Below are positions 50,360 through 62,840 of a stretch of DNA of 64,000 nt, piece after piece. Position 1 is the first letter of the stretch; each line of letters starts with the position of its first letter. The DNA comes from Haliotis cracherodii. Its lineage: Eukaryota. The translations under genes were made by a program, and so were the position numbers. Under the pieces are notes generated by a model that was given only the letters and a program-made list of their open reading frames with translations, made no database searches and had not been told where the DNA came from. Location of the stretch: assembly GCF_022045235.1 (NCBI RefSeq), contig NW_027266275.1, positions 52,514,001 to 52,578,000 of the forward strand, written 5' to 3'.

Positions 50360-53300
50360 TTAGGGCTCCAAGCCTGAAAGGCTGTAGAGCCCTATTGTAA
50401 TCGGTGTGTTTATTATTATTATTATTATTAGGGCTCCAAGCCTGAAAGGCTGTAGAGCCCTATTGTAATCGTTGTGTTTATTATTATTATTAGGGCTCCC
50501 TGCCGACTAGGCAAGAGCCTTATTGTAATTGTTCGATTTATTTAGGGCTCCCTGCCTACAAGGCAAGAGCCCTATTGTAATTGTTCGATTTATTTATTAT
50601 TATTATTCCGACGATTTTTGTTCCAATCGTAACTCCAAAACTACTATTCAGAATATCTTCAAAATTTCCACAAAGATACCTTAGATCCTGAATTTATATC
50701 CACAAAAATCTCAAGACTCTTAGACTCAAGATCTGAGGGCAGATAACTCAAAACAACTTTAAAAATCGCAATTTCAACAGCTAAAATCTCCGCCACGAAA
50801 GCTCCAAAGACTTCCAAAATTCTTGAACAGGTGCGGAATCAGATGCCGAACAAAATCTCTACACATCCAATGTAGCGAAATTGCTTCGTTTGGCCTCCAT
50901 ATTGGATTAAGTGTTTTGGCACTGTTTTTTACCAAATTTCTCAGTACTTGACTCCCAAAATCACCTCAGCTGAAACTACCAGCTCAAAAGCTTCCAAACT
51001 CTCCATACCTTGTCTCCAAGTACCATACTACCAACTTCGCAGAAAGCGTCATGCGTTTTCCTGATACCTGATGTCCTGGCGATTCCAGAACACCAAACCG
51101 TTTGTCTGTAGCTCAACGGACAACGGAGCTACAGCGTTTTAAAGAGGGAACTCTTTGATAACCTTGCCATATAGCAAAACTCCAAACAGGCGTAACTCCC
51201 AAACTACCTGTCCGATTTCGGCCACATTTCGTGTGTGTATGTAGAATGGGGATGTCTGTTAACACGCCCAATTGTAGCGACACAGGAAATAAGACGACGG
51301 AGAGAGAAATGATGCATAATTTATGTATAACAACATCTTTCAACATATTGCGCCTAACCAGATCATTCAATAACTGGCAGGCTAGGCAATCTTTAGTATT
51401 TACATGTGCAATTCGATATTGAAATGCAGTCACAAATCACAAATCCTACTACATCAAACTACATCTTATCTCACGTGTTTTGAAAATGTCATTTTGTGGG
51501 GGTGACAAAGGGGCTTTATGACACTTCAAATATTTTTTTTAAAGTAAAAGACACTGAAAGAAGCAGCAGTAAAATTACAAATAAGTCCCGTTCACTGCAC
51601 TTCAATCGCCAGCAATACTGTGTCCTCTTTGCGCTATACGCTACATTATTGTCGCTAGACCAGTGGTATCGGTTTATTTATATAACCAACTACAGTCTGC
51701 AGTACGTGAGCTTTGTGTATAGTTTTCGGCTGTGGACTACAGAAATCAGTTGCCAGGGTCAATGAGATACAGTGTTTATACAGCTGATGGACAACGCAAG
51801 CAGAAACGGACTATAGAAATAGATTTACGTTTGCGCTCGTATGTTCAACGGTTCTGCATAGAAAACCGTGTAGCTTGGAGTAAATAACGACATCGTATGT
51901 TTTGTTATGTGAAAGCTCATATCTGCATCAATTGGCGCGAATTCACAATACACATTATCAACAGAGTTAAGCAAAGAACTGCGCATACATGTTTGTTGGC
52001 CTCACAGCGTGTCAGCGTACCTAAGTCAAAAGAAAACAGTGCAGCTTGGTATAATATATCGATATCGTAGTTTTTATTTTGTGGAAGCTCAAATCTGCAT
52101 TGGCGCGAATTCACGATACACGTTGTCAATAGAGTTAAGCAAACAAAGAATGGCGCATGCGTGCTTATTGGCCGCACAGCGTGTCTGAGTCCCAAGCGGC
52201 TTACCTCGTTCTTAAATGCTGTTCAGACTGTGGGATTTACGGTAGGTTTGTGATTGAAAGTTTGATATCGCTGAACTCTCCGATTAATGTACTATCTTTT
52301 AAACGTACTTGTCATAATTTTCTTACCGCAACCACAAGTAATAACAGACTGGTTCACTTCATGTTTCGACGGTAGTGATTTCTATAGTCTGTTTCTGTAT
52401 AGATTTTCTTTGCGCCATATGTTGTACTCTCTGCCAGCGGGAAGCACGCAGTTTCGCGCACATGCACGTATGGACGATACATCCCGATGTGTGTAAAACG
52501 CATAACAGAACCAGACACCTTGTACGACATGATGTATGGAGAGCATTAATGTTTTCAGATGGATCTATATCAACATCGTATTTTTTGTTCGTTAGTGGTG
52601 CACGTGGAAGCTCATATCTGCATTGGCGCGAATTCACAATACACACTGTCAATAGAGTTAAGCAAACAAAGAATTGCGGAATGCATGTCTATTGACTGCA
52701 CAGTGTATCAGCTTGGCTGAGGATGGATGAATTGAGTGCATATTGGAGTGTGAGCCAAGGTTGCGAAGAGCGAGACGCGCTAATTAAGCTCCCGGTAGAT
52801 TGTGTTAAAGGCACAAACACTTATTCTTTCAGCCGGCACTGGTAATAGGTAAAATAGAAGATAGGAGAGCAGTATAATACTCGGGTACAGGTGTTGATAC
52901 TGTTATAGTGGCGGGTAATGAAGGCTCCAGTTGCCAACGGGAAGAATAGAGTTACCACCCTTGATAATGCCAAACTGGACCTGTGCCAAAATGGACTGTT
53001 TTTCTCAGTCAAAACGGACAAGTTACATGTCACATAGTTAATAAAGGCTATATTATAATGATACACAGTAATGCAGATATCCTTCCTGATACCGGTAGTG
53101 AATTATGAATGACCATGACCTTGAATCATTGGTATCAAAGTAACATCATTTGGTTTCTTGGAACGGATTTCCGCACTATCAAATTACCTTTTTATAATGC
53201 GAACCTGTTCATTATTGAAAATTCCATTTTTTCTGAGACATCCCTGATATAATGCCAACTTTAAGAAGTATTATTTACCCATATCATTATGGTTTAGAAA

Positions 53301-55070
53301 CCAGTCCCTTTCTCAACCTACTTAAGTGCATTGATCTCCATTGTGTTTACAGCTAATCTTCTTTTAAACTTTGATCACAAACGCTTGGAAGACTTGGGGT
53401 TTTCTTTGCTGATTGGTTGAATTGCTTCAACAAGAATATGACAAGAGGTGACCCATGTGTTGTTACTGTTAGATAATGCCCCATGCCATCTCTTCCCTTA
53501 GCACGGGTCAAATTACAAGATCCATTTCCTGCTTATTACAATAACAAGTCACCAATACCCCTTCATGCTGGTATCATCCATCCTAAACAGGTCCAGAATC
53601 AAAATGGACACTTTTTTTCTTGGTCAAAACGGACCGGTGAAATATCCTATTGATAATCCAGCTCATCTTATACACAGTATAGCACATATCCTTCCGCATA
53701 TCGGAATGCTCTTATATAGAACATGTCTTAATGGTAATAGATTAGGGTCATTAACAACTCAGTTTCAATCGTTTTTAGAAATCTGTATAACCAAAGTGTA
53801 ATTTTGCAAAAGTACTTCTATGAATGGAGAGCAGGATCCGCTGCTACAAAATTACGATCGGGAGCCCGCCATCGCTGCTCGCAGCTATATTTATTATTAT
53901 TATTATTCCGCCGTTTTTTGTACCAGACCTACAAAAACAACCAGTAGCCAGAATGGCTTCAACATCGACAGCAACATCGGCACTAACGTGACGCAGTAAC
54001 CAGCAAAAAACCAAGGCCATAGGCCCAATGGCTAAGGGCAGATAACTCATCAAAGTTTCAACTTCAGCAGCAATAATCTTCGAAACTAATTGCAATCATA
54101 TGCCCATCATTTTGTACTGCAGGACCATGGTAGCTACAACGCACCGTTTGGCAGCCATATTGGATTTAAAGGTTTTGGCACTTCTTTTCACCATTTTTCT
54201 CAAAAGCTTCCAAACTTTCTATACTTTGTGTCCAAGTACCATACTAACAACTTCCGAGAAAACATACTTAGGTCAAAAGTCATGCGTTTTCCTGATACCT
54301 CATGTCCTGGCGATTCCAGAACACCAAACCGTTTGAATGTCGATAGACGGACAATGAAACTACATCGTTTTAAACATGGTACTCTTTGGCCCGTCCATAA
54401 ACTTGCCATATAGCACAACTCTAAACACTAATATTTCGACTAATACTGGGCCGATTTCGCCCAAATTTCGTGTGTATGTATACTGGGCCTGTTCATAGTC
54501 ATGCCTAATTGTAGCCACGTCGCATTGAAGGATAGGAAGAGAAAAATGTGAACAGAATTCATCTATAACAACAAATTTTAACCTATTGTACCTCACCATA
54601 TCATCCAATAAATGTCAGACTAGTCACGCTTTAGTATTTAAATATGCAGTTCGACATTGAAATGCTTTCACAAAATTCCACGTTTACATACAGCAAACTG
54701 TGATCCGACTGTGAAAATGTCATTCTATGGGGAAAACAGTCAGATTTTACGACACTTCAGTAAATAGACTGAAAGTAGCGTCCTTGCTCTTGACGCTGTA
54801 TCCGGTAAACCTGTGGTATATGTTTGTGGATTTCATAAACAAGTTCGTGGACTTTCTGTGTAATTTTGAGCGAACTGCGGTTGTGTTTATCCGTAATGGA
54901 CTACATAGATTACTTGTCAGTCTCAGTGAAATAGAGTGTACATTATGCGGGTAAACAACGCAAGCAGAAACGGACTATAGAAATATATTTTTAGAAGCAG
55001 TGAAAGAAGCTGCAGCAAAATTTCACTATAAGTCCCGTTCACACAATTTCAATCAACTAAGAATACTAAA
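50360..55070 (+). mobile_element. Outer Helentron-like element interrupted by the inner copy; 3' end not found
   Basis: Two AGGGCTCCAAGCC..GAGCCCT 5' ends at 50362 and 50430; (ATT)n resumes at 53892, followed by a body homologous to the inner one (51048-51106 vs 54279-54335). Confidence 0.65.
50491..53891 (+). mobile_element. Non-autonomous Helentron/DINE-1-like element (inner copy, complete)
   Basis: 5' AGGGCTCCC..GAGCCCT inverted repeat plus (ATT)n; 3' sub-TIR GGGAGCCC (53860-53867), hairpin GCTGC-TC-GCAGC and TATATT; T-rich junctions; no TSD seen. Confidence 0.75.
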
Positions 55071-55581
55071 GAACGTCCTCGGAAGGGCCTTCTCCAATCA
55101 ACCAATAAACTACCAAAACCAAACCACATAATCTAACTAACAAACATCCATTCTCAGCTCCCTTCATTTAACGGTACTGGCGTAAGCTTATCCATACACA
55201 CACACACTCACACACACACACCCCACCCCCACCCCCACCCCATCCCCCTCACCGGTTTAACCTCCTTCCGGCCAAGTGACCATACCAAAGATTGTCAATT
55301 ATCTACGATTCCTCTCCAGTGGCACGCCCGAGATTTACGGAATTTACCGAATGAACTCATATTTAGGAATCATAAAGTAGATATCCTTTTAAAAGATTGC
55401 ATATTAACGATTATCTATAAAAAAGTTTCAAAACTAATTCTATTACGATTTTCAATGTATTTTTAAGGGAGAAATAAATACTCTGGAAATAAATTTTTGT
55501 TCCGCCAATTCATATCACGTGACCAGACCTCCCCTGCTAGCGAAGAAGACATCGCCAAAGTCAGTTAGAAACATTGATACC

Positions 55582-58500
55582 ATGGCGTCGAGTTCTAAAA
55601 AGATAAAAAGAGACGACACGACAGATGAGTCAAGAACAGGTTACGTGGTGAACGTATCACCCATCAAACTAGGAGGTAAGTATGGCACTCCTTACTTTAA
55701 CCTGAAGTTACAGACGGGGGAACATTCAACAAGAGATGTGGTAATTTACTCGGGCAGTACTGACAAGCGTAACGAGTTTGATGCAAGAAGTAAAACGAAA
55801 GAAGGCATTGAGCTACTTGGAGTCACTGACATTCCCAGTAAGTGTTAACCTTTTATTTTATTAAATATTTTCACTTTTCAAAAGGGGCACTGATCTAACG
55901 CAATTCCCCGGGACTGGTTGTTGTCTTTGTTATTGTCTTTTTCCAGTGAGTACCCGGATGTATAGCAAAAATCTAGACTAGTTCGCGACCTCTGCTGCGC
56001 CATTCGTAAACGCATTAGTCACTTTTATGGGTAGTAATAAGGGCGTATGGTCACATTTATCAACAAAATGAAATACAGTTTTCGTGATAATAAGGAAATG
56101 TAGGTATCTTTGTGGGTAGCCTCGGTAATGGTGACGAAGTTTTGATAAGTCACTTGCCTGGTAATTTTGCGATTTTCGTTTACACTATTTTGACTTGCAA
56201 CACAAAGTAAATATTTCACCTGAGCATTGCTTTTTTTATAGTGTGTATATTATTTTTACTGTCAAATGTGTAACAAATTCATTAAACGTCTAAATATTCA
56301 GTTATTTTACAAAGTGACTGAAAAAACATTTCCATCTGTATTATTATGATAACGAATTCCAAACATCATGAACATTTTGATGTTTAATGTCATCACCAAG
56401 AGACTGAAAATGTTAGGTTGAAAAGTACATTTCTATATTGTTTGATTTCTAATCCTACATAATAATCTGTTGTGATGTTTGCAGGCCCTTTTGATCGTCT
56501 TAATCAATCTGGACAGATTTTTGTCAAAATGACGGAAATATTTACACATTTTATAAATTGCCAGAGAGAATCACATTTTACAAATTGACGGTAATATATA
56601 CACGCTTACAAAGGAAAAGACCAGAATTCGAAAACAATCAGTGTATATGCTTCTTAAAGAACATTCAACGGTTGACTCATTACATACAGAATTGCACATT
56701 TACTAGTGGTTACTTTACAAACAGCTGCCAGGGGGGATATGTCATCTTTCTGATAAATCTTGTTTTAATTACAATAACTCAAACCTTCTTGCTCATGATG
56801 CCTTCTAAACCATGCTAATCTTTATTGAAATTCCATTTTAGGCAGAAACCATCCATCACAGTGGGATTTGAGTGGAAATCAGCACACAAAAATCATCCCA
56901 AGAAAGCTTGATTTTAACCTTCATCAGTAGACATCGCGAAAGAAATCAAGACTTCAGAAATTAAAGATATTGAAGAAATTCAAACACAAGCCATCGTAAG
57001 TATATCAACTGCCTTACAGTTACACCAAAAGATCTATCATCTTTTCTAAATTAAATGGGATTATACTAAAGTTATATTGATATCTTCTCATCCCATTATT
57101 GCTAGATCTTTTGAAAAAAAACATACTTTCATAACTTGTATTTGTCAGCCTGACCTGTGACCAAGATTCGTAATTAAGTAATATGTACCTATTGTAATAT
57201 TACCAAAAACACAAATACTTTTGGATAAAATTATTGTGTTTTTCATAGAACTCACTTTGAGTTGAATGATATACAAAATAATAATTTCAAAGTTGTAATC
57301 CATAAAAATGTGGTCATACTGTTTACATATGCTGGTAGCGAAATAGTAATTGCATCTGGTAGATATTTTAAAATTTTGCACATGATGCATCGTCAAAGAC
57401 TGCAAGACTAGTAGGCAACTTTAAATCTGTAAAGTCAGAAGTAAGTAAATAACGTCAGTCTGTTTATGTCAAACATTTATTACACAAGAACTCTTGTCAC
57501 TGTCCTACAATCTGGATCAAGAACCACTGTGTTTGAAAAGAAATGTCTTTTACACACATTTCCTTAATTGAATACTCACAATATTGCCTTTATTCACATA
57601 AATGTCTTGAGCTTTGTCTGTTATATTTCATTTAAACATGTGTTTTTCAGGAACATATGAAAATACATTGATAAACAATCCAATTGCTTAACCTAAAACA
57701 GGTCTTCATACATCTTACAGTCCATATTTAAGTAAAGTAGAATGTAACAAATGAATTGTATACATGCCAACTTAGATGTCTAAATAGGATACATATGATT
57801 GAAGTTTATATTGATCAATTCATTAGAAATATAAGTTTAGTTATTTTACTGCATGGTTCCCCTGAAATCAAAGAAGGAATTTGATCTGCATCGTTATTGT
57901 ATGTGAAGTAAACACATATCTTTCATAAAAAAACAGAAGTTCTCTGCAAATACCATCTCCCAGTAGGCGTATAGTAGGGTAAAGTTAACTTAATGCTGCC
58001 CACCCTGGATAGAAACCTTTGTATTTAACATTTGATTATACATTTTACCTATCAACAGAAACTGAATGAAAATACTGTGGACAGACACCATAGAACAGTT
58101 TTGACTGCTCAATGATATCCGAGTATATTGTCTTTTCTTAATCTACTTTAAAATATTTTCAGGTAAACGTCACAGCAAAAGTGATTGAGACTGTTGAAGA
58201 AATTCAAGAAGTGCTTGTGGGGAACAGGAAAACACCTGTGAAAACTGTAAAAGTTGGAGATCAAAGTGGAGCTATAAACCTCAAGCTCTGGGGTGCCAAT
58301 ATCGACAGAATTGTATTGGGGATTCACCTCCCTTGGCGTCCGGGAATACATGGGTAGAAAATACCTAACAACAACGACGCCGTCATCGTCCTGGTTGGTT
58401 GTTGACGACATTCCAAACGTCAACGAGGAAGATGTTGGAATCAAGGAGAATGTCGTAGTGAGAGGAGAGGTCACTTTAGTGACCGTCACCCTATCCAAAG

Positions 58501-58822
58501 CCTGTCTCTCGTGCCGCAAAACGGTAACTGCCACGGACACAGGCAGTCAATTCGTAAAGTGCCCGGAATGTAAAATGAAGATGAAAAAAGACAAAATGAT
58601 CGACAACATGTTATGTAAACTATCTGTGGACGGTAACTCCTCCAAGTATTTGGTTTCTTCAGCAGTCCTGACAGAGTTTCTGTGCAGCACACAGAAGAGG
58701 ACATTCAAGGAAATGCAGATGAAATTGAAAACCATCTGCTCACATGCGGTGAAATAAAGATGGAGATCCCTCAAAATACGAGTCGTGCTGTTTCAACATG
58801 TTCAATGAAACTCGTGGACTAA
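55582..58822 (+). pseudogene. Three-exon RPA-like OB-fold ssDNA-binding protein with C4 zinc ribbon; three frameshifts
   Basis: Kozak ACCATGG; exons 55582-55837, 56842-56995 and 58163-58822 with GTAAGT/AG introns; VNVTAKV..VGDQSGAINLKLWG OB motif; CLSC..CPEC; AATAAA at about 59172. Confidence 0.8.
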
Positions 58823-58849
58823 ATTAACACTTTGAACATAAGGAACCTG

Positions 58850-59135
58850 AGCAGTCACTGTCAATGTAGGGGGAGAGGATCCCCGTGTACAGGAGGGACA
58901 TCAGTGAGGTTCACCCTGGGTAGGTAGCAGTCACTGTCAATGTAGGGGGAGAGGTTCCCCGTGTACAGGAGGGACATCAGTGAAGTTCACCCTGGGTAAG
59001 TAGCAGTCACTGTCAATGTAGGGGGAGAGGATCCCCATGTACAGGAGGGACATAAGTGAGGTTCACCCTGGGTAGGTAGCAGTCACTGTCAATGTAGGGG
59101 GAGTGGTTCCCCATGTACAGGAGGGACATCAGTGA
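58850..59135. repeat. 76-bp tandem repeat, about 3.7 copies
   Basis: AGCAGTCACTGTCAATGTAGGGGGAGAGG(A/T)TCCCC..CCTGGGTAGGT at 58850, 58926, 59002 and 59078. Confidence 0.95.
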
Positions 59136-61106
59136 CATTTTGTCATGCATTTATCCTTCCATGTTCATCAAAATAAAGTTTTTGTTTGTGATATTAAAAA
59201 TATGTCTTTGTTCTTTATCGCTGCACTCAACAATGTTCCTGCTACATGACAGCAGTTTCTAAATAATGGAATTTCGAACACAGAATCCAGTGATTGGCAT
59301 CATTAGCATTGACATGCATGAACAAAGTCAGACATCAAGTATCACCACCCCCTTACTCAGTGCTCTCCAAAAACAATCATAGTGTCAGTTGTAATATAAT
59401 TATGAAAGATCCATGAGTCGATAGGAAATTTATTAGGGAGTATAACCATATAATGCTTTTTCAGTCACAAGTCAATGAAAAACATTTGTTAATCTCGACA
59501 AATATAAACAGGAGGGGTCTGCATACAATTAATGAAGGTGGTGTTCTCGACCGTAATGTGGGGTCATGTCTTGACTCTTGCACACTATCGCGGCTCTCGG
59601 GCAATGAACACTTTGAATTGCAAGTGCATATTATTCCAAACACTAATCGATTAAGCCGGCAATTAGGTGGGTACAGTCCATGAGTGAGTTTGCTATTAGC
59701 GGAATTGCTTATATATAAATCTGAGTTACGTCCCTTAGCCGCTAATATTCCAAGCTCCTTTCCAGCGCGTGACACCTTCGTTACACAGTATAGAGAGCTC
59801 CGGGAACGTACTATCGCTGTGAGGAGCTTGCTATTATTCACCAAACTCCACCACAGAGTTTGTCTCATATTAATATGCATTTCAAGAGCTCCGCCAGGAA
59901 GATGTTGCTGTAAGGAGTATCAGCATTTCTGACGTGTAGGGCCCTATTCCACAAAGCGACCTATTAGTGCTAAGTTGGTCTTAACTCCCATGCTTTACCA
60001 TAGGCTTACGATCAACGTAGCACTAACATAGCTTTGTAAGGATTAGAATAGTGTTGTTGGCTGAAATTTGTACCTGTTTAGCCAAGTAGTTGCATGTATA
60101 TTATGCGTACTGTTCTGTCCCGTCACCTATTTTCGAGGTATTTCCATGATTAAGGGTGCGATCTGTTCTTGTGTGAAACACGGATTTTGGGTCTTAAATA
60201 CCGGTTTTATCTCCTCTGAAACTGGGGAAGCATTGGTCCGATACTGACCACATTTTACGCTTGTATTCAGACGATCAGTGCCGGTTCTAACTGTGAGGAC
60301 TACGGGAGATTCATATTATTGAAACTGACGGCTATAAATGAAGTACCACATATAACTGTATGATCTTTAAAGATAACCTGATGAAAGTTTAAGGATCAAT
60401 GTAGTTTTATATTCTGATCTATTACCAGAGGAAATCTAATGTTTCTGCATATTTCAAGCAAAATGATACATTACTGAAATGTTATTGAATAGGTTCTGAA
60501 GTAAGACTCATAACAGAAAAAGATACCCACTATACCCCAAACAAATAATAAACAGATTATCTATGTGCATGTAGTCCTATGTCCATATGTGTACTTTAGT
60601 AACTGACGCCCCGTGATTCGCTGCATCACTTTTGGCTTACCTCCCACATTAAGCTGGCATGCAATCTTATAACTGGAATACTGTTAAAAGCTGCGTACGC
60701 GGGTATACTCACTCACTACACCATGTATACTGTATTGGTGTTTTATGACAACATGATCCAAATACATACTCAAGCAATCATAATTTCAAACAAATTAACA
60801 CTGTTAATGTTGTGAATTTCTTTTATTGCACATCTTGTGTTTCTTAGTTTATCAACATATAAAAATTTGGCGCAGGAAATGCTACACTTTCAGAACATCA
60901 TATACAACCATCAATATACCTCATACATTATAAATGTTCTTTAATTTCACAATTTCAGCAATAGCTCAAGTATATGAATGTATGAAAATACTCAAATATG
61001 AACAAGCAAACACAGTGACCTTTATGAAATAACAATTGTATTGTCTTCTGAAAACATTATAGGAAATAAGAAAAATATCAAAACATTGAACATATCAATG
61101 TTTCAT

Positions 61107-61640
61107 GGGTTACAGCTAAAACGGCGCTTCAGCAAAACGGCACTGATTGGTGAAAACGGCACCTCGCCGCAAGCGAAAACGTCTACAACTGCCTGTCAAA
61201 AACTGCACCCTATTTATTTTTACCTTGGTAAAATAAATGAAATTAGACTTACATGGTCACTTGCAAACACCAATAATTGTGAAATGTTAAAACTAGTTAC
61301 CATTTGAAATTAGCCTCTACTCCAACTATATTCGAACTTAGCCTATACGTAACTCAATTTATTGTTAAAACCTAACATGCCTTTAAGTTAAATAAATGAA
61401 ATTAAACTCACATTGTCTCTTATAAAGACTAACAGTAGTGAAATCTTAAAACAAGTTTACAGTACAAATTAGCCCCCTATTCCAAATTACTCGCTGACTC
61501 TGATTGGGAGGTGCAACTAACTTATTGTGAAAATATTATATCCTTTGAAGTAAAATAAATGAAATTAAACCCACATTGTCTCTTACAAACACCAATAATT
61601 GTGAAAAGTTGAAACATGTTTACATTCGAAATAAGCCCCC
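61107..61640. mobile_element. MITE-like end with AAAACGGCAC repeats followed by an approximately 160-bp internal tandem repeat
   Basis: GGGTTACAGCTAAAACGGC..; AAATAAATGAAATTA at about 61231, 61390 and 61553. Confidence 0.45.
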
Positions 61641-62019
61641 TGAGTCAGCTACTATCACAATGCTCATTGGTACATGGGCCGATATTGTAAAGTGGGATGA
61701 AGATGAAAACTGTGGAGAACTGTATACATGTGAATGTATGTAGTTATGTGTGAACAACTGGAAAACAGGAAATAATATGTAAATACATCAAATAATATGT
61801 AACAAGTAACATAAATCAGATATACTACCACATATATCGTTATTAGCAATAGAGGAACTGTTTTCGCCTCCACCCATGTATCTAATAAGAAAGATGAAAA
61901 AAGTTCATTGCCCAAGCATCACTATATGAACACATTTGTACAATTAACATACTATAAACAGATATACAGAAGATATACAAATCCCATTCCTTTGGAAATA
62001 AATATTTTGAGTCTGGCTG

Positions 62020-62840
62020 GAAATGGATCTATTCTTGAACCTCTGTTAGGTATTTTGTAATAATTTCTTAAGGTGTTACTCCATGTTTGAATCTAGCTAA
62101 AGTATGTAGATCCGTATTAGAATCAACAATTTGGTAGATTGTGGGGAATTCCTTGATTCTTACCCCAGGTTAGAATGTAAGTAAAGTAAGTATTTATTAG
62201 AATCAATTTGTGTTGATTTTAGAGATTTTTGCTGCAGGTTCGACCCAAGCTTCAGGATATACATATATATTAGAATCAACTCTAGAATATTTTGCGGTGA
62301 TTTCACAGATGCTTACTGCAGGTTCGAACCTAGCCATAGGGTGTAGATCCATACAAGAATCTGCCTTTGGCTGTAAAATTATTTTCTTAAGATCTTTCAG
62401 ATTATACCCTGAGGTTCAAAGACACTGTAGCTCATGGCAAGAATAAGGTGTATTGTGCCCTTAGAACCGAAGTATGAAGAAAGTAAAATATCAACACACT
62501 GAACATGTATTATGTAGGCATGACCATGATGACAAGTTGAACCTATTGTGACCAAAACAACACCATATGAATACATCTCTACAGTGATAGACAGAAGACA
62601 TATCAGCCTTTTCACAATGCTTGATATCAGTAATAGAATAAAATGGTGTATGTGATGCCTGAGGTTCAAACCTGCCTTGAGGCTTTAGATCAATACTACA
62701 AAGTACCCTTCCATTTTTTGAGGTCATTTCCCCATATCTTACCCAGAGGTTCAAACCCAACTACAGGCTTTAGATCAATTATAGATTATGTCCTTGGGTA
62801 TATTCTGAAGATATCGTAAGTTGTTACCCCAGGTTTGAGT
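62020..62840. repeat. Old degenerate tandem repeat, period about 80 bp
   Basis: Recurring ATTAGAATCAA and (C/G)AGGTTC(G/A)AAC motifs at 74-83 bp spacing. Confidence 0.55.
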
